From Candidatus Sericytochromatia bacterium (GTDB taxonomy: Bacteria; Cyanobacteriota; Sericytochromatia; S15B-MN24; JAQBPE01), in contig JBBAPZ010000003.1 of the NCBI GenBank assembly GCA_040400605.1, positions 94,507 through 158,506 of the forward strand: DNA of 64,000 nucleotides, read 5' to 3'. Below are positions 22,360-33,161 of this stretch, piece by piece (position 1 is the stretch's first letter; every line of letters starts with the position of its first letter). Below the pieces are notes generated by a model. That model did not search any database. It was given only the letters and a program-made list of their open reading frames with translations, and was not told the DNA's origin. Both the position numbers and the translations under genes were made by a program.

Positions 22360-25300
22360 TCAGGAAATCACCCCAAACGATCGCACACGCTCGTTTCGCT
22401 GAATCGACCGAACAATCATCTCCGTCGCAGACGAGGGCTCTGTGCCGAGTTCCCGCGCAAAAACCTGCCGCATCACCGCATAATGCCGAATCGCCGCCTC
22501 TCGGTTGCCAAGCTCTGCAAGGGTTAACAACTTCACCTGATGCGCATATTCACAAGCTGCATCAAACGCTAGATTGCCATCCGCCGCAGCCAGTGCACGG
22601 TTGTAATCCTCCTCGTTCAGGTAACTGCGAATCAATGCCGCGTGAGCCTCTTGCGCCATGCGGTGCCACCGCTGGCGCTCAATGGTCAGCCACGGCCCGT
22701 CGGTATCAAGCCCGCTTAAAAAATCTCCCTGATGCAACGCAATCACACGCGCAAGGTGCACGCGCCGACGGGAAACATCTTGATCCTGTGCCATGCCCTC
22801 CTTGAAATGCCACGCGAGATCCTGCGTATCCAATTCATACGGCAATGCCCAGTTAAATCCGTAACGCCCATCCACAAACTGAACAAAGCGAGACGGCGTC
22901 TGCTTGTCTAAATCCGGTTCCAACGCGTGTCGCAAGCGCGAGATCAGCACCAAAATCGCCGTGCGGGTGGTATCCATTTCACCGTAAAGCAAATCGGTCA
23001 ACGCTTCTTTATTAACCCCTTGAGGATGCGCCAACAAATACGCCAAAATCAGCTTGGTCTTGTGACCGCGCCAATCGCGGTTAGCAACCACGCGCTCACC
23101 CACATAAACTCTAAACTCGCCCAAACACTGGATGCGAATCACGGGAACCACCACCGTTGGCTGACGCTCAAGCGCGGGATGATGTTCTGTGTACCCGCCT
23201 GCAAGCGGCGACACAGAACCCGCGAGTTGCGCCAAACGGGCCCCCTCCCGCTCCTGCAAAAATCGGTAATCGTAACGTTCAGCCAGTGCATCAGCCTGCC
23301 GCCGCCACACAGAGAGCCCCGGTATGTCACCTTTCAACAAGGCAAGCTGCGCCCGGTAATACAAAACCACCGCATGCCGGTAATGGTATTGCCAACTCGC
23401 AAACCAAACGAGCAACTGCTCCAGAAGCTCCCGTGCCTGCTCCAATTCCCCCGACCGCAGCATCACATGGGATGCGACCATGGCCAAATCAAACTGTCGC
23501 ACGTCTTCAAGCGGGAGCCCCGACAGTTGGAGCGCCTCATCCATCAAGCCTTTGGCCCGCGCAAGCTGCCCCTGTTCGAGCGCAAGTTCCGCAAGCCCCG
23601 CACACGCTTTTGCCGCGATCACCTTGTCATGCATCACCAACGCCTCATCACGCGTCGCCTCAAAATGCAACGCCGCCCTGCGCCAATCATGCAACCCCAT
23701 CGCCGCGGAGGCCAGGCCCAAGCGAGCAAACAACTGCTCACGCCGCAATTTCAGAAGCTGGGCCACGTCATAAGCCCGCTCACCAGCCAGCCACGCAGCC
23801 TCGAATGCGCCACTGTAAATATGGATCGCCGCCATATTATGAATCGTCATCGGATGAGGATAACGTCCGGTGCTTTCTGAATGGGTCACCGACTCCCGAT
23901 AAGTCGCAAGTGCCGCATCAAACAAACCCAGACGCGTATAGCACAACCCCAAATTGTTCAACACCTTGGCAAGACCAACACCATCTTGAATCGCGCGGTA
24001 ATGGGCCATGGCCGACTCATAATACTGAATGGCCGCCGTGGTCTGCTCTTGCGCAAGGGCCCACGCACCCCTTAAATTGTCCAGAAACGCACGCTCAAGC
24101 GACACACCGGACCCCAAATGGCGCGTGGCCGTATCAAACAGAACGGGCGATTCCGGATCCTGTCGCCCCACCGCAATCGCTGCTTGATGCACCAAAATGG
24201 TGCCACGCAAGGCATCGGTTTGGGCGTTCTCAAGCGCCCGATCAAACCCATGCACCGCCGCATCAAAGTCACCCCATAAACGATGAAGCTCCGCCTGATA
24301 AAAACACAACCGCGCGTGACCCGTACAAAAGGCAACCCCAAAGCGCGACAGGATATCTTTCAGTGACTCCAACTGATTATTGGCAATCATGCCAGGCGCC
24401 AGCTCACAAACCAGTTCAGCCGCCTCTTCCAGGGCCTGCGCGCGCACAAGCAACTGCAAGGCGTGCATGGGCTCGGAAGCCCGCAGCAAACGCCCCCAAC
24501 GCCCGGCAACTGCTTGAACATCAATGCCCCTTGAACGCTCTAGCAAGACACTCAGCAAAAATCGTCTGTAACTGGGATGATAGCGGTACGCTGTGACTTC
24601 ATCAGTAACATCCGGCATCACAGGCATCAATAGCTGGCGATCCAGCAAACACCTCAAATCCGACATCACATCCGCATCCGGCAGCCCCGCTCGAAGAATA
24701 TCAGGCTCCAGTACCTCCAACTGCGCGGTCAACAAGGCAAACTGTTGCGTCGTGACCGGTAGTTGGTCAAACACCTCTTGCGCAAGGTAGGCATACCACT
24801 GGGCCGGATGCTCCAGTTCTTTCACCAACGACGCCATCCAGCCAACCGATGCACCGCTTCTTCCTTGCAAAGCCTGACACGCCAAGACCACGCTGGCAAT
24901 CCAACCATCCGTTCGATTCAGCAAAACGGTGGTCTGCTCATCGCTTGGCGAAAAACCCTTCAATGAATGCAACAATTCACGCAACTCGTTGGCATTGAAA
25001 CGCAATTCACGCGCCGTCAGTTCCACCAACTGCTGCCGCACACGCAACTGTGGCAAGAACAACTCAGGCGTTTCACGCGAGATCACAATAATCTGCCACG
25101 AATCCGGAAAATACTGGATGAGGTGCTGCACGACCGCTACAATCGCTTCAACTTTGCCAACCGCCTGAAAATCATCCAATACGAGAATGCCGCCATCGCT
25201 CAGGACTTCTGCGACTTCCTCCGCGAGTAAACCCACCACGGTTTGCAAAACCTGTTCCACGTCTGGCGCGGAACGCGCCAGTTCCAGCGGCCGCAGACTC

Positions 25301-25641
25301 AACTGGGGTGCCACTTGATGACACGCCGCATGCAAGTAGGTCAAGAAAACCAACAAATCACGGTCGCCCCCATCCAGGGCATACCACGCCACCGGCAAAC
25401 CGCTATCAACCCCGTACTCAGCAACGAGGCTCGTCTTGCCGTAACCCGGACCTGCACAAACCAGACTCAAACGACGCGACGGCTCAAGTCCCCCTTGCAA
25501 GAGCGCGTGCAAACGCTCACGCCGCACTTGGGGTATTGACACCAACGGAGGGCGTAATTTTCGCCGAATGATCGGAATCGTGTTCATCACACGCATCCTT
25601 CCCGCTTCATCATCACACCTAACCGTGTTTTGGCGTATCAC
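22360..25641 (-). CDS. MalT-like STAND NTPase-TPR-wHTH-BTAD transcriptional regulator
   Basis: KLRPP..RERL, GPGYGKT, LVLDDFQ, LRFNANE, TDGW, TPRs (VLNNLG), IQCLGEF, SRLRHALEP, ELGTEPS; start could be 25641 or 25596. Confidence 0.85.
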   Translation of the reverse strand: MIRQNTVRCDDEAGRMRVMNTIPIIRRKLRPPLVSIPQVRRERLHALLQGGLEPSRRLSLVCAGPGYGKTSLVAEYGVDSGLPVAWYALDGGDRDLLVFLTYLHAACHQVAPQLSLRPLELARSAPDVEQVLQTVVGLLAEEVAEVLSDGGILVLDDFQAVGKVEAIVAVVQHLIQYFPDSWQIIVISRETPELFLPQLRVRQQLVELTARELRFNANELRELLHSLKGFSPSDEQTTVLLNRTDGWIASVVLACQALQGRSGASVGWMASLVKELEHPAQWYAYLAQEVFDQLPVTTQQFALLTAQLEVLEPDILRAGLPDADVMSDLRCLLDRQLLMPVMPDVTDEVTAYRYHPSYRRFLLSVLLERSRGIDVQAVAGRWGRLLRASEPMHALQLLVRAQALEEAAELVCELAPGMIANNQLESLKDILSRFGVAFCTGHARLCFYQAELHRLWGDFDAAVHGFDRALENAQTDALRGTILVHQAAIAVGRQDPESPVLFDTATRHLGSGVSLERAFLDNLRGAWALAQEQTTAAIQYYESAMAHYRAIQDGVGLAKVLNNLGLCYTRLGLFDAALATYRESVTHSESTGRYPHPMTIHNMAAIHIYSGAFEAAWLAGERAYDVAQLLKLRREQLFARLGLASAAMGLHDWRRAALHFEATRDEALVMHDKVIAAKACAGLAELALEQGQLARAKGLMDEALQLSGLPLEDVRQFDLAMVASHVMLRSGELEQARELLEQLLVWFASWQYHYRHAVVLYYRAQLALLKGDIPGLSVWRRQADALAERYDYRFLQEREGARLAQLAGSVSPLAGGYTEHHPALERQPTVVVPVIRIQCLGEFRVYVGERVVANRDWRGHKTKLILAYLLAHPQGVNKEALTDLLYGEMDTTRTAILVLISRLRHALEPDLDKQTPSRFVQFVDGRYGFNWALPYELDTQDLAWHFKEGMAQDQDVSRRRVHLARVIALHQGDFLSGLDTDGPWLTIERQRWHRMAQEAHAALIRSYLNEEDYNRALAAADGNLAFDAACEYAHQVKLLTLAELGNREAAIRHYAVMRQVFARELGTEPSSATEMIVRSIQRNERVRSFGVIS

Positions 25642-25647
25642 AGCCCA

Positions 25648-26775
25648 TTAAACGTGGTCATCCATCGGGCGCTCAAGGTCCGTTTCCTCATGCCAACTCA
25701 CTTCCAGATTCTGGTTGTGCGTACGGCGGTTGCGTTCGCGTTGCGCCCCGCTCAATTTGACCATTTTGGCTTCTTCACCATGCGCGACCATCCGACGCTT
25801 GGTCTGACTTTCGAGGCGCGTGGTCCGTTGCGCGAGCAGTTTCTTGCGTTGTTGCAATTCTGAAAGCAAACGCAAATAGCTGTCATAGCGACTGCTTGTC
25901 GCATCGAGCGCCGCACGGACGGCGCAGGCAGGTTCAGACACATGCAGGCAGCTTGGGTACTTGCAGGCCGCAATCAAGGGGACCATCTCCGGAAAATGCC
26001 AGCAAAGCTCAGCGGGACTCAATGCCTCAATCTCCAGGAAGCTAAACCCGGGGGTGTCTGCGATCCACGCATCGCTCAAGCCTTCAATCCGATAAAGTGA
26101 CGCATGGCGGGTGGTATGGCGACCGCGTTGCAATTTGGTTGACACTTCCGCGGCGCGCAAGCGCAAGCCAGGTTGAATGGCATTGGCCAATGAACTCTTT
26201 CCGACACCCGACGGGCCTGCCAAAACAGACACGCGTTGGGCGAGGTGCGATCGCAAGGGCTGCACGCCATCCGGCGTCGATTGAGTCGCCTCGATGCGAT
26301 ACCCCAATCCCCGGTACATGGTCAACCACGCCTCTAAAGCAGCCGCTTCGACCAAGTCGCGCTTGTTAATGACAATCACGCAAGGCAAATCGACGCTGGA
26401 CGCCTGAATCAAGACACGATCAAGCATTTGCGGACTGAAAGCGGGTTGATCAGCAGCCATCACCACCAGCAATTGATCCACATTCGCGATCGCCGGCCGA
26501 CTCAACACCCGAGCGCGGGGCAACACCCGCACGATCGCCCCCCTGCGCGACGCAAACAAACCAGCAAGCTCACGGACCTCATCCAAACCCGGCTCTAAAG
26601 CGATCGCCACCCGATCACCCACCAACGGCGTTTCGCCCTCCTTTTTCAAACGCCCCCGCAAACTGCACGCATAGACCGTGATATCCACTTGCACAAAATA
26701 AAAATTCGCCTGCTGAGAAATGATGATGCCCACCAGGCAACCATCATCGGCTTCCATCAAGTCCAGGTCTTGCAT
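25648..26775 (-). CDS. rsgA: Ribosome small subunit-dependent GTPase A
   Basis: ANVD, NKRD, GPSGVGKSS, GRHTTR, DTPGF, CKYPSCLHVSEPAC Zn finger. Confidence 0.96.
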   Translation of the reverse strand: MQDLDLMEADDGCLVGIIISQQANFYFVQVDITVYACSLRGRLKKEGETPLVGDRVAIALEPGLDEVRELAGLFASRRGAIVRVLPRARVLSRPAIANVDQLLVVMAADQPAFSPQMLDRVLIQASSVDLPCVIVINKRDLVEAAALEAWLTMYRGLGYRIEATQSTPDGVQPLRSHLAQRVSVLAGPSGVGKSSLANAIQPGLRLRAAEVSTKLQRGRHTTRHASLYRIEGLSDAWIADTPGFSFLEIEALSPAELCWHFPEMVPLIAACKYPSCLHVSEPACAVRAALDATSSRYDSYLRLLSELQQRKKLLAQRTTRLESQTKRRMVAHGEEAKMVKLSGAQRERNRRTHNQNLEVSWHEETDLERPMDDHV

Positions 26776-26787
26776 AACCGTACGACT

Positions 26788-27819
26788 TCAACCCGCAGCG
26801 CTTTGGCGCGCGGCAAGTTGCCGTTTCAGTTGACCGCACGCCGCCTCAATTTCAAGGCCCCGCTCTGCCCGAATCGCCGTCGGGAACCCCGCTTTTTCAA
26901 GCGCCTTGCGAAACGCCTGCATCTCATTCACCGGTGTCGCAGCATAAGCGCTGCCCGTCGGATGATAAGGAATCAAATTGATGTGCACATGCAAACCCCG
27001 ACTCCACGCAATCAGTTGTTGAGCGTGATTTAACCGATCATTCACGCCGTTTAACATAATATACTCAAGCGTCACGCGCCGCCCGGTCACCTCGTCGTAT
27101 TCCTTCACCGCTTCATACAACTCGCGCAAGGTAAACTTGCTGTTGATGGGTACCAGGTCATCACGCAACGCGTCGTTGGGCGCGTGCAACGACAAGGCCA
27201 AGGTCAGTTGCAGCTTGTGGGACGCCAATTCCTTGATCTTGGGCACGATCCCCACCGTCGAAATGGTGATTTGCCGCATCGCAATGCCCACGCTCTTGTT
27301 AAGCAAATGCACGCTGGTCAGCACCGCGTCCAGATTCAACAACGGTTCCCCCATCCCCATATACACCACGTTGCTGATGCGCCGGCCCATCTGGGCCTGC
27401 ATCGCCAAAATCTGATCCACAATCTCACCCGGCGTCAGATTGCGCTCAAACCCCAATTGCCCCGTCGCACAAAAACGGCACGCCATGGCGCAACCCACCT
27501 GCGAACTGATGCACGCCGTCACGCGATCCGGATACGGAATCCACACGCTCTCGATTTCACGCCCATCCGCCGCCCGATACAAAAACTTGGTGGTACCATC
27601 CGGTGCCTGCGAAAACGTCACCGCGCTCAACGCAGCGACCGTATAACCCCCAGCCAGCTTCTCACGAAACGCCTTGGGCAAGTCTGTCATGTCATCCAGA
27701 TTCCGTGCGCCCTTTTCATAGATCCAGCGCGCGATTTGCCCACCGCGATAGGCGGGCTCACCAAACTCCTCGGCGATCGCCTGCAATTCCGCCTTGCTCA
27801 TTCCGACCAGTGCTTTCAT
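26788..27819 (-). CDS. rlmN: 23S rRNA (A2503-C2) methyltransferase
   Basis: CISSQVGCAMACRFCATG, MGMGEP, SLHAP, AACGQL. Confidence 0.97.
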   Translation of the reverse strand: MKALVGMSKAELQAIAEEFGEPAYRGGQIARWIYEKGARNLDDMTDLPKAFREKLAGGYTVAALSAVTFSQAPDGTTKFLYRAADGREIESVWIPYPDRVTACISSQVGCAMACRFCATGQLGFERNLTPGEIVDQILAMQAQMGRRISNVVYMGMGEPLLNLDAVLTSVHLLNKSVGIAMRQITISTVGIVPKIKELASHKLQLTLALSLHAPNDALRDDLVPINSKFTLRELYEAVKEYDEVTGRRVTLEYIMLNGVNDRLNHAQQLIAWSRGLHVHINLIPYHPTGSAYAATPVNEMQAFRKALEKAGFPTAIRAERGLEIEAACGQLKRQLAARQSAAG

Positions 27820-29213
27820 CGGTCCCCTTTTTTGATCAACTTCGCCACAAAAAAACCATCCACACCGTGGCGATGCGGCAACAACTGAATCATACCCCGG
27901 TCTTCACAATCCGCACGCCATGCTTCAGGCAAATCTCGGGTCAAATTACCCAGTTCAAAGTTCGGGTGTGAACTTAAAAACGCACGCACCTGCGCCTGAT
28001 TTTCTGCCAGGTTGATGGTGCACGTGCTGTAAACCATCGTACCACCCACCTTCAATCGTTTGGCAGCGGAAACAAGCAACCCCTGTTGCACGCTCAACAA
28101 TGCCTCGATTTGCACAGGCGTCTGTCGAAACCGCAAATCAGGCTTGCGTGGCAGAACCCCCAAACCGGAACAAGGAACATCCAAAAGGATGCGATCCGCC
28201 ACAGGCCACTGCTCAACCACCTGACCATCCCCGCATAACACCCGCACACACCCAACCCCAAGGCGCTCGCAATTTCGTTCCACCAATTTCAAGCGGGCCG
28301 CAGAAACATCAACGGCCAAAATTTGACCCTCATTCCGCATACACTGCGCCAAATGGGTGGTCTTACCGCCCGGTGCCGCCCCGACATCAATCACCAACTC
28401 ACCCGGTGCCGCCCCCAGCACGTCAACCACCAACATGGCCGCTTCATCCTGCACATAAAACCAACCCGCATCATAACCAGGCAGTTCGGTTACCACCACG
28501 GGCCCGTCCAGTACCACGCCATCGCCTGAAACCGTACTGACACGATGCGGCACCATTGCACGCGTCAAAGCCTCACACACCTGCTGCCGATCACAACGCA
28601 AGGTATTGACCCGCAAGCACAGCCGAGGCGGCGCGACGCTCCAGGTTGCCAACGCTTCCGCTTCCGGGCCGAAACGCTCCAACCACAGCCGCGACAGCCA
28701 TTCCGGCAAAGAATGACGCCACATCAAGGCATCCAGCGGCGCATCCGCAAAAACTGGCCACTGCCACGGCGTTTCACGTGCAGCCACCTGCCGCAAAACC
28801 GCATTGACCAATGGCTTAAGACCCGCTTGCGACGCCTTTTGCCCAGCTTGACGCACCGCTTCATTCACCGCCGCTGAGGCGGGAATCCGATCCAAAAACA
28901 ACACCTGAAAAGCCCCAAGACGCAAAATGGCCGCAATGCGCAGCGGCAAGTCGCAAACACTCCGTCGCTTGCCACGTGCCGCGCGATTCAGGACCTCATT
29001 CAATACCCAATCCAATTGACCACGGTGACGCAAGACACCATTGATCAATTGGGTTGCAAGCGCCCGTTCAGCCGTCTCAAGCCCCTTGAAAGCCTCATCC
29101 AGCCCCAGGTTGGCGTAACTCCCCTTTGATTGGATGTCAACCAGACGCGTCAAGGCCACCTCACGCGCACTGACGCGTGGCACCTTGGTTTTTATCGTTT
29201 GACCCTTTGTCAC
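27816..29213 (-). CDS. rsmB: 16S rRNA (C967-C5) methyltransferase
   Basis: NusB-like N-terminus, LRVN, VQDE, AAPGGKT, DVPCSGLG, YSTCT, DGFF. Confidence 0.95.
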   Translation of the reverse strand: MTKGQTIKTKVPRVSAREVALTRLVDIQSKGSYANLGLDEAFKGLETAERALATQLINGVLRHRGQLDWVLNEVLNRAARGKRRSVCDLPLRIAAILRLGAFQVLFLDRIPASAAVNEAVRQAGQKASQAGLKPLVNAVLRQVAARETPWQWPVFADAPLDALMWRHSLPEWLSRLWLERFGPEAEALATWSVAPPRLCLRVNTLRCDRQQVCEALTRAMVPHRVSTVSGDGVVLDGPVVVTELPGYDAGWFYVQDEAAMLVVDVLGAAPGELVIDVGAAPGGKTTHLAQCMRNEGQILAVDVSAARLKLVERNCERLGVGCVRVLCGDGQVVEQWPVADRILLDVPCSGLGVLPRKPDLRFRQTPVQIEALLSVQQGLLVSAAKRLKVGGTMVYSTCTINLAENQAQVRAFLSSHPNFELGNLTRDLPEAWRADCEDRGMIQLLPHRHGVDGFFVAKLIKKGDR

Positions 29214-30178
29214 GCGGTTGGCTCCCCGACTGTCAAACGACGCCCAATGGGACTGTGTCCGCTTAAGCCACGGGCCACATCCACAGCCTGACGCATCGGC
29301 TTGCCTGGCATTTGCAAGGTTTGAAGCACGAGCGTGTCACATCCACACGCCACATGCCAGCCTTGTTGATCCACATTCAGCACCGTCCCCGGTTGCACAT
29401 CCCCCACGCGCGCCACAACCGCGGCTGAACCAATTTTGAGATCGATGCCATCCAATTGGGCCCTGGCACCCGGCCACGGCTGCACCCCGCGTATCTGATC
29501 CCGGATCACCTGAGCGGCTCGCGTCCAATCCACCCACCCCGTGCGTTTGGTTAACAACGGCGCCATCGTCGCATCGGCATCCTGTTGTGCCACAGGCTCA
29601 AGCTTGCCCGCGACATATTGCGGTAACTGCGCAAGCGCCAACTCCGCACCCAGTTGCGCGAGTCGCGGCGAAAGCGTCGCCGCGGTGTCCTCGGGTGCGA
29701 TCGCCAAGGACGCACGCCCCAACAATGGACCGGTATCCATCCCTTGATCCATCTTCATCAACGTCACACCCGTCACCGTCTCACCACTCATCACCGCCCA
29801 CTGAATCGGCGCCGCACCCCGGTACTTCGGCAACAACGATGCATGCACATTGACACACCCCAAACGCGGTAAATCCAAAACGATCGCTGGTAAAATCTTC
29901 CCGTAAGCCACAACAACCAGCAACTCGGGCCTCAAATCAGCAAGCCACGTCAAAAAATCAGCATTGTTTCGAATCCGCTCCGGTTGCGCAACCACAAGAC
30001 CGTGCGCAAGGGCCAACTCCTTGACGGGGGGCATCGTCACCTTTTGCCCACGCCCCACAGGCCGATCCGGCTGGGTCACAACCCCCACAACCGGCCACCC
30101 ACCCTGTATCAAACCAGCCAAGGTCGGGACTGCGAATTCAGGCGTTCCCATAAACACCACACGTGGTAAATGCGCCAT
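29210..30178 (-). CDS. fmt: Methionyl-tRNA formyltransferase
   Basis: FMGTPEFA, VVTQPDRP, NVHASLLPKYRGAAPI, MDTGP. Confidence 0.97.
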   Translation of the reverse strand: MAHLPRVVFMGTPEFAVPTLAGLIQGGWPVVGVVTQPDRPVGRGQKVTMPPVKELALAHGLVVAQPERIRNNADFLTWLADLRPELLVVVAYGKILPAIVLDLPRLGCVNVHASLLPKYRGAAPIQWAVMSGETVTGVTLMKMDQGMDTGPLLGRASLAIAPEDTAATLSPRLAQLGAELALAQLPQYVAGKLEPVAQQDADATMAPLLTKRTGWVDWTRAAQVIRDQIRGVQPWPGARAQLDGIDLKIGSAAVVARVGDVQPGTVLNVDQQGWHVACGCDTLVLQTLQMPGKPMRQAVDVARGLSGHSPIGRRLTVGEPTA

Positions 30179-30452
30179 ATTCGTCACGAACAGTCCCCGC
30201 AAAGATCTACTGCAACCCAACTAAAAACAACCATCGCGCCACGAAACACCCCGTTGCCCCCGCCATGCCAGACAAGCTTCAAGGCCTGCCGTCGCGAGAT
30301 GCCAAAATACCCAATCATCCGACAGTACCACGCAGCTCACGGCAGCCCGGATTTGACACCAAACATGATGCGAACCCATTATAACCCACCCCGATTCACA
30401 AACATACCGAGCGTCTGCCATCGCAGGTGCACGCCAAATGCTAAAATGAACC

Positions 30453-31811
30453 ATGAGCCTCTCAGATACGCTGTCCGCCTTCAAACGACTGTGGCAAGAA
30501 TTCCTGCCTTTATCGATCAGCGATATCACGATGGCCGCGACGGAACCGCTCACAACCACGGCTGTGGCCCATTCGCCAAATGCCCAACTCAATCTGGCAG
30601 CCCTCGGCGCGGGCAAGGCGTTGGCGATTCTGCTCGAAAGCCCGATTATCATGATTTTGCACGCCGCGAATGCCGTGGCCCCGTCAGCGATCGCACGCAG
30701 GATCCTCTGGCGCTTCACCCTTCTGACCGGCGGCATCCTCAGCCTGTTACTCGGCCTCTTTGCCACACCCTGGCTCTTCACACACCTCATTCAACCCTTG
30801 CTCGGTGTTTCAGGCGAACTCGCCGATCACACCCGCATCATCATCGCAGGGCTCATGGTCTGGCCCTTTGTCATCGGCTGGCGCCGTTACTACCAAGGCT
30901 TGCTCATCCGGGCAGGACACGCGCGCCCCGTCGCTTTGGCAGGCATTGCCCGACTCATCTGCCTTATCGGAACCCTTCTAATCGGCTACAACATCGGTCT
31001 GCCCGGCTACACCCTCGCGCCCATCGCGATGGTGGTCGGGGTATGCATCGAAGCGGCCCTTGTCACCCGCGCAACCCAAGCATCGGTCTATGAGCAACTC
31101 GACGCGATCCCACACCAAGCCAGCACCCCAACCACACACGCCGAACTATGGCGTTTTTATTGGCCACTCGCCACCGCCATGCTGGTGGTCTGGAGCGGAA
31201 GGGCCTTGCTCGTTGGACTGCTCGCACGCGCCATCGACGCCCCACTCGCCCTCGCGGCCTGGCCCACGGCATGGGGCTTCGTGATTCTGATCGGCAACGC
31301 CACCCGCACCGTTCAACAAGTCATCATCCGTCACATCCATGACACACCAAGCGCCACGCTCTGGCTCTTCGCACTCAGCGTCGGCGGGGTCTTTGCGTCC
31401 CTCCTCGGCCTGATTGCCCATCACCCGCTCGGCCAAGCGATCCTGGCCAGTTTCGTCGCTAACGATCCCGACCTGCTTGGCCGAGTCATCCCGACTGTCT
31501 CTCTGTGTGCCACCATCCCCCTGCTCTTTGCACTGCAAAATGCCGCGCAAGGCTTCATGATCGCCCACGGCACAACCAGCCGCGTCGGCTTGGCCACCTG
31601 GGTCTCCACCACCACCTTGCTCACCGTGGGCGCGACACTCATTTACACCGGCACACCCGGAACGCACGCAGCGGCACTCGCAACCATTGCCGGACTCAGT
31701 GTCGAAACACTCCTGCTGCTCAAAGCGCCTGGCCGCGAACGCGCCGCCGATAAAAATGCTGACGTCCCCGAACCACCACCGGCACACTCGCCAAAACACG
31801 CGTCGTCATAA
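30453..31811 (+). CDS. MATE/MOP-superfamily (ANKH-like) membrane protein
   Basis: About 12 TM segments in two repeats starting EFLPLS and RFYWPLA; RRYYQGLLIRAG. Confidence 0.6.
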   Translation: MSLSDTLSAFKRLWQEFLPLSISDITMAATEPLTTTAVAHSPNAQLNLAALGAGKALAILLESPIIMILHAANAVAPSAIARRILWRFTLLTGGILSLLLGLFATPWLFTHLIQPLLGVSGELADHTRIIIAGLMVWPFVIGWRRYYQGLLIRAGHARPVALAGIARLICLIGTLLIGYNIGLPGYTLAPIAMVVGVCIEAALVTRATQASVYEQLDAIPHQASTPTTHAELWRFYWPLATAMLVVWSGRALLVGLLARAIDAPLALAAWPTAWGFVILIGNATRTVQQVIIRHIHDTPSATLWLFALSVGGVFASLLGLIAHHPLGQAILASFVANDPDLLGRVIPTVSLCATIPLLFALQNAAQGFMIAHGTTSRVGLATWVSTTTLLTVGATLIYTGTPGTHAAALATIAGLSVETLLLLKAPGRERAADKNADVPEPPPAHSPKHASS

Positions 31812-32153
31812 ACAAAGTCCCCCACAATCCAAGCGCCAGCACCAACATCGGATACCCCTTTCACCGACACGCCTGCTTAACACTTTCATATATCGAAAAC
31901 ACGCCTCTCGACTTGTGCATGATGCTGTTAAATCTCGATTAATACTTTGTATACAAGTGCGAGCGTGCCCATTCGAAAAAATGGCGCAGCGAATACAACA
32001 ATGCCTATCAAAACACCCAATAGACCGACTTATACCAAACCCAAGATCGTTAACAAAATGTTTTCAAATTTAACGGTCAGATAAGAATGATTGATTCCGG
32101 CCGCACGATAACAGCTTTGCAAGTTAACGCAAGTGACCCCAAGGAGTAATAGC

Positions 32154-33140
32154 ATGTCCATTAACTCGATGACAGACCAAGCGATCAAGCGTCTCTATCC
32201 ACTTCTTCAGAAGCAGCGAGCAAGCTCGCCAAACGAAGCAGTGCGGGTTGCAGCGACACCATCCCCAGTATTTGGTCAAAGGCCTCGCCAAGTGACGATC
32301 ACGCCTGCTGGGGTGTTTGGGCGGGACATTACACCAGGCGGTTTGGCGCGTGAGCGTTTTGTCAAACAGACATTTCCGGGTTATCAACCAAGCAGCCTGA
32401 AAGAGGCAAATATGGCTCGCACCAGAATGAATGAAAACTTGGCGGGGTTCGACTTGTCGGGTGTCGACCTAAGCGAATCGATTCTCTATGGCACCAGTTT
32501 CGAGAAGGCCAAGTTAAAAGGGGCTAATCTGGATTTGGTGCGCACGAATTTTGGAGACGACGTTGCAAATTTTAGAGGTGCTGACCTCACAAACGCGTCT
32601 GCACGGATCGCCGGTTTCAGTAGCGGTGATTTCACCGGAGCGCAGGCGTCCGGCATTGATTTAAGTAAAGCGGAGTTGCACCAGGCAAATTTTCCGCAAG
32701 CCAACCTCTACAAAGCCAATCTCGGTCACGCTCAGGCGGAGAATACTCAATTTCCCGGCGCTGACATGGTGGGAGCGGACCTCAGGGACGGGAATTTTTG
32801 GGGTGCCGACTTTGGAGGGGCCAATTTGGCGTTTGCCGATATGAGGGGAGGTAACACGGCTGGATCCTACGGCATCCGCGAGAATACGTCATTCGCGCAT
32901 GCCAACTTTAACGGTGCAAATCTGAGATACGCTGATATGAGAAAAGCCGATGTTACCGGAGCGGATTTTGGAAAAGCCGATCTGTCGTACGCGCTACTCC
33001 CCGACCTGCGTAACGCAGAGATTTCGGGCGCTACTGTTACCAGAAGAGACGGGACCGTGGTACCACTTACCAATTTCTCGGAACTCCCCAGTCAGAAACG
33101 AAAGGCGGAAGGCTTGCATCCATGGATGCGCTCACGGTGA
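32154..33140 (+). CDS. Pentapeptide repeat protein
   Basis: Many A[D/N]Lxx repeats (ANLYKANLG, ADMVGADLR, ANFNGANLRYADMRKAD); AAGGAG RBS. Confidence 0.9.
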   Translation: MSINSMTDQAIKRLYPLLQKQRASSPNEAVRVAATPSPVFGQRPRQVTITPAGVFGRDITPGGLARERFVKQTFPGYQPSSLKEANMARTRMNENLAGFDLSGVDLSESILYGTSFEKAKLKGANLDLVRTNFGDDVANFRGADLTNASARIAGFSSGDFTGAQASGIDLSKAELHQANFPQANLYKANLGHAQAENTQFPGADMVGADLRDGNFWGADFGGANLAFADMRGGNTAGSYGIRENTSFAHANFNGANLRYADMRKADVTGADFGKADLSYALLPDLRNAEISGATVTRRDGTVVPLTNFSELPSQKRKAEGLHPWMRSR

Positions 33141-33161
33141 ACTGGGACGATGGCGAGACGT
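33126..33161 (+). repeat. 36-nt copy of an internal imuB segment
   Basis: 35/36 identical to 42182-42217. Confidence 0.9.

Noticed and set aside
22927..24596. 317-aa and 479-aa plus-strand ORFs
   Set aside because: Antisense to the STAND-BTAD gene; low-complexity A/P/T/Q or R/H composition caused by local C/A skew.
30170..31093. 307-aa ORF overlapping the membrane transporter
   Set aside because: Alternative frame, Arg/His/Pro-rich, no protein-like features.
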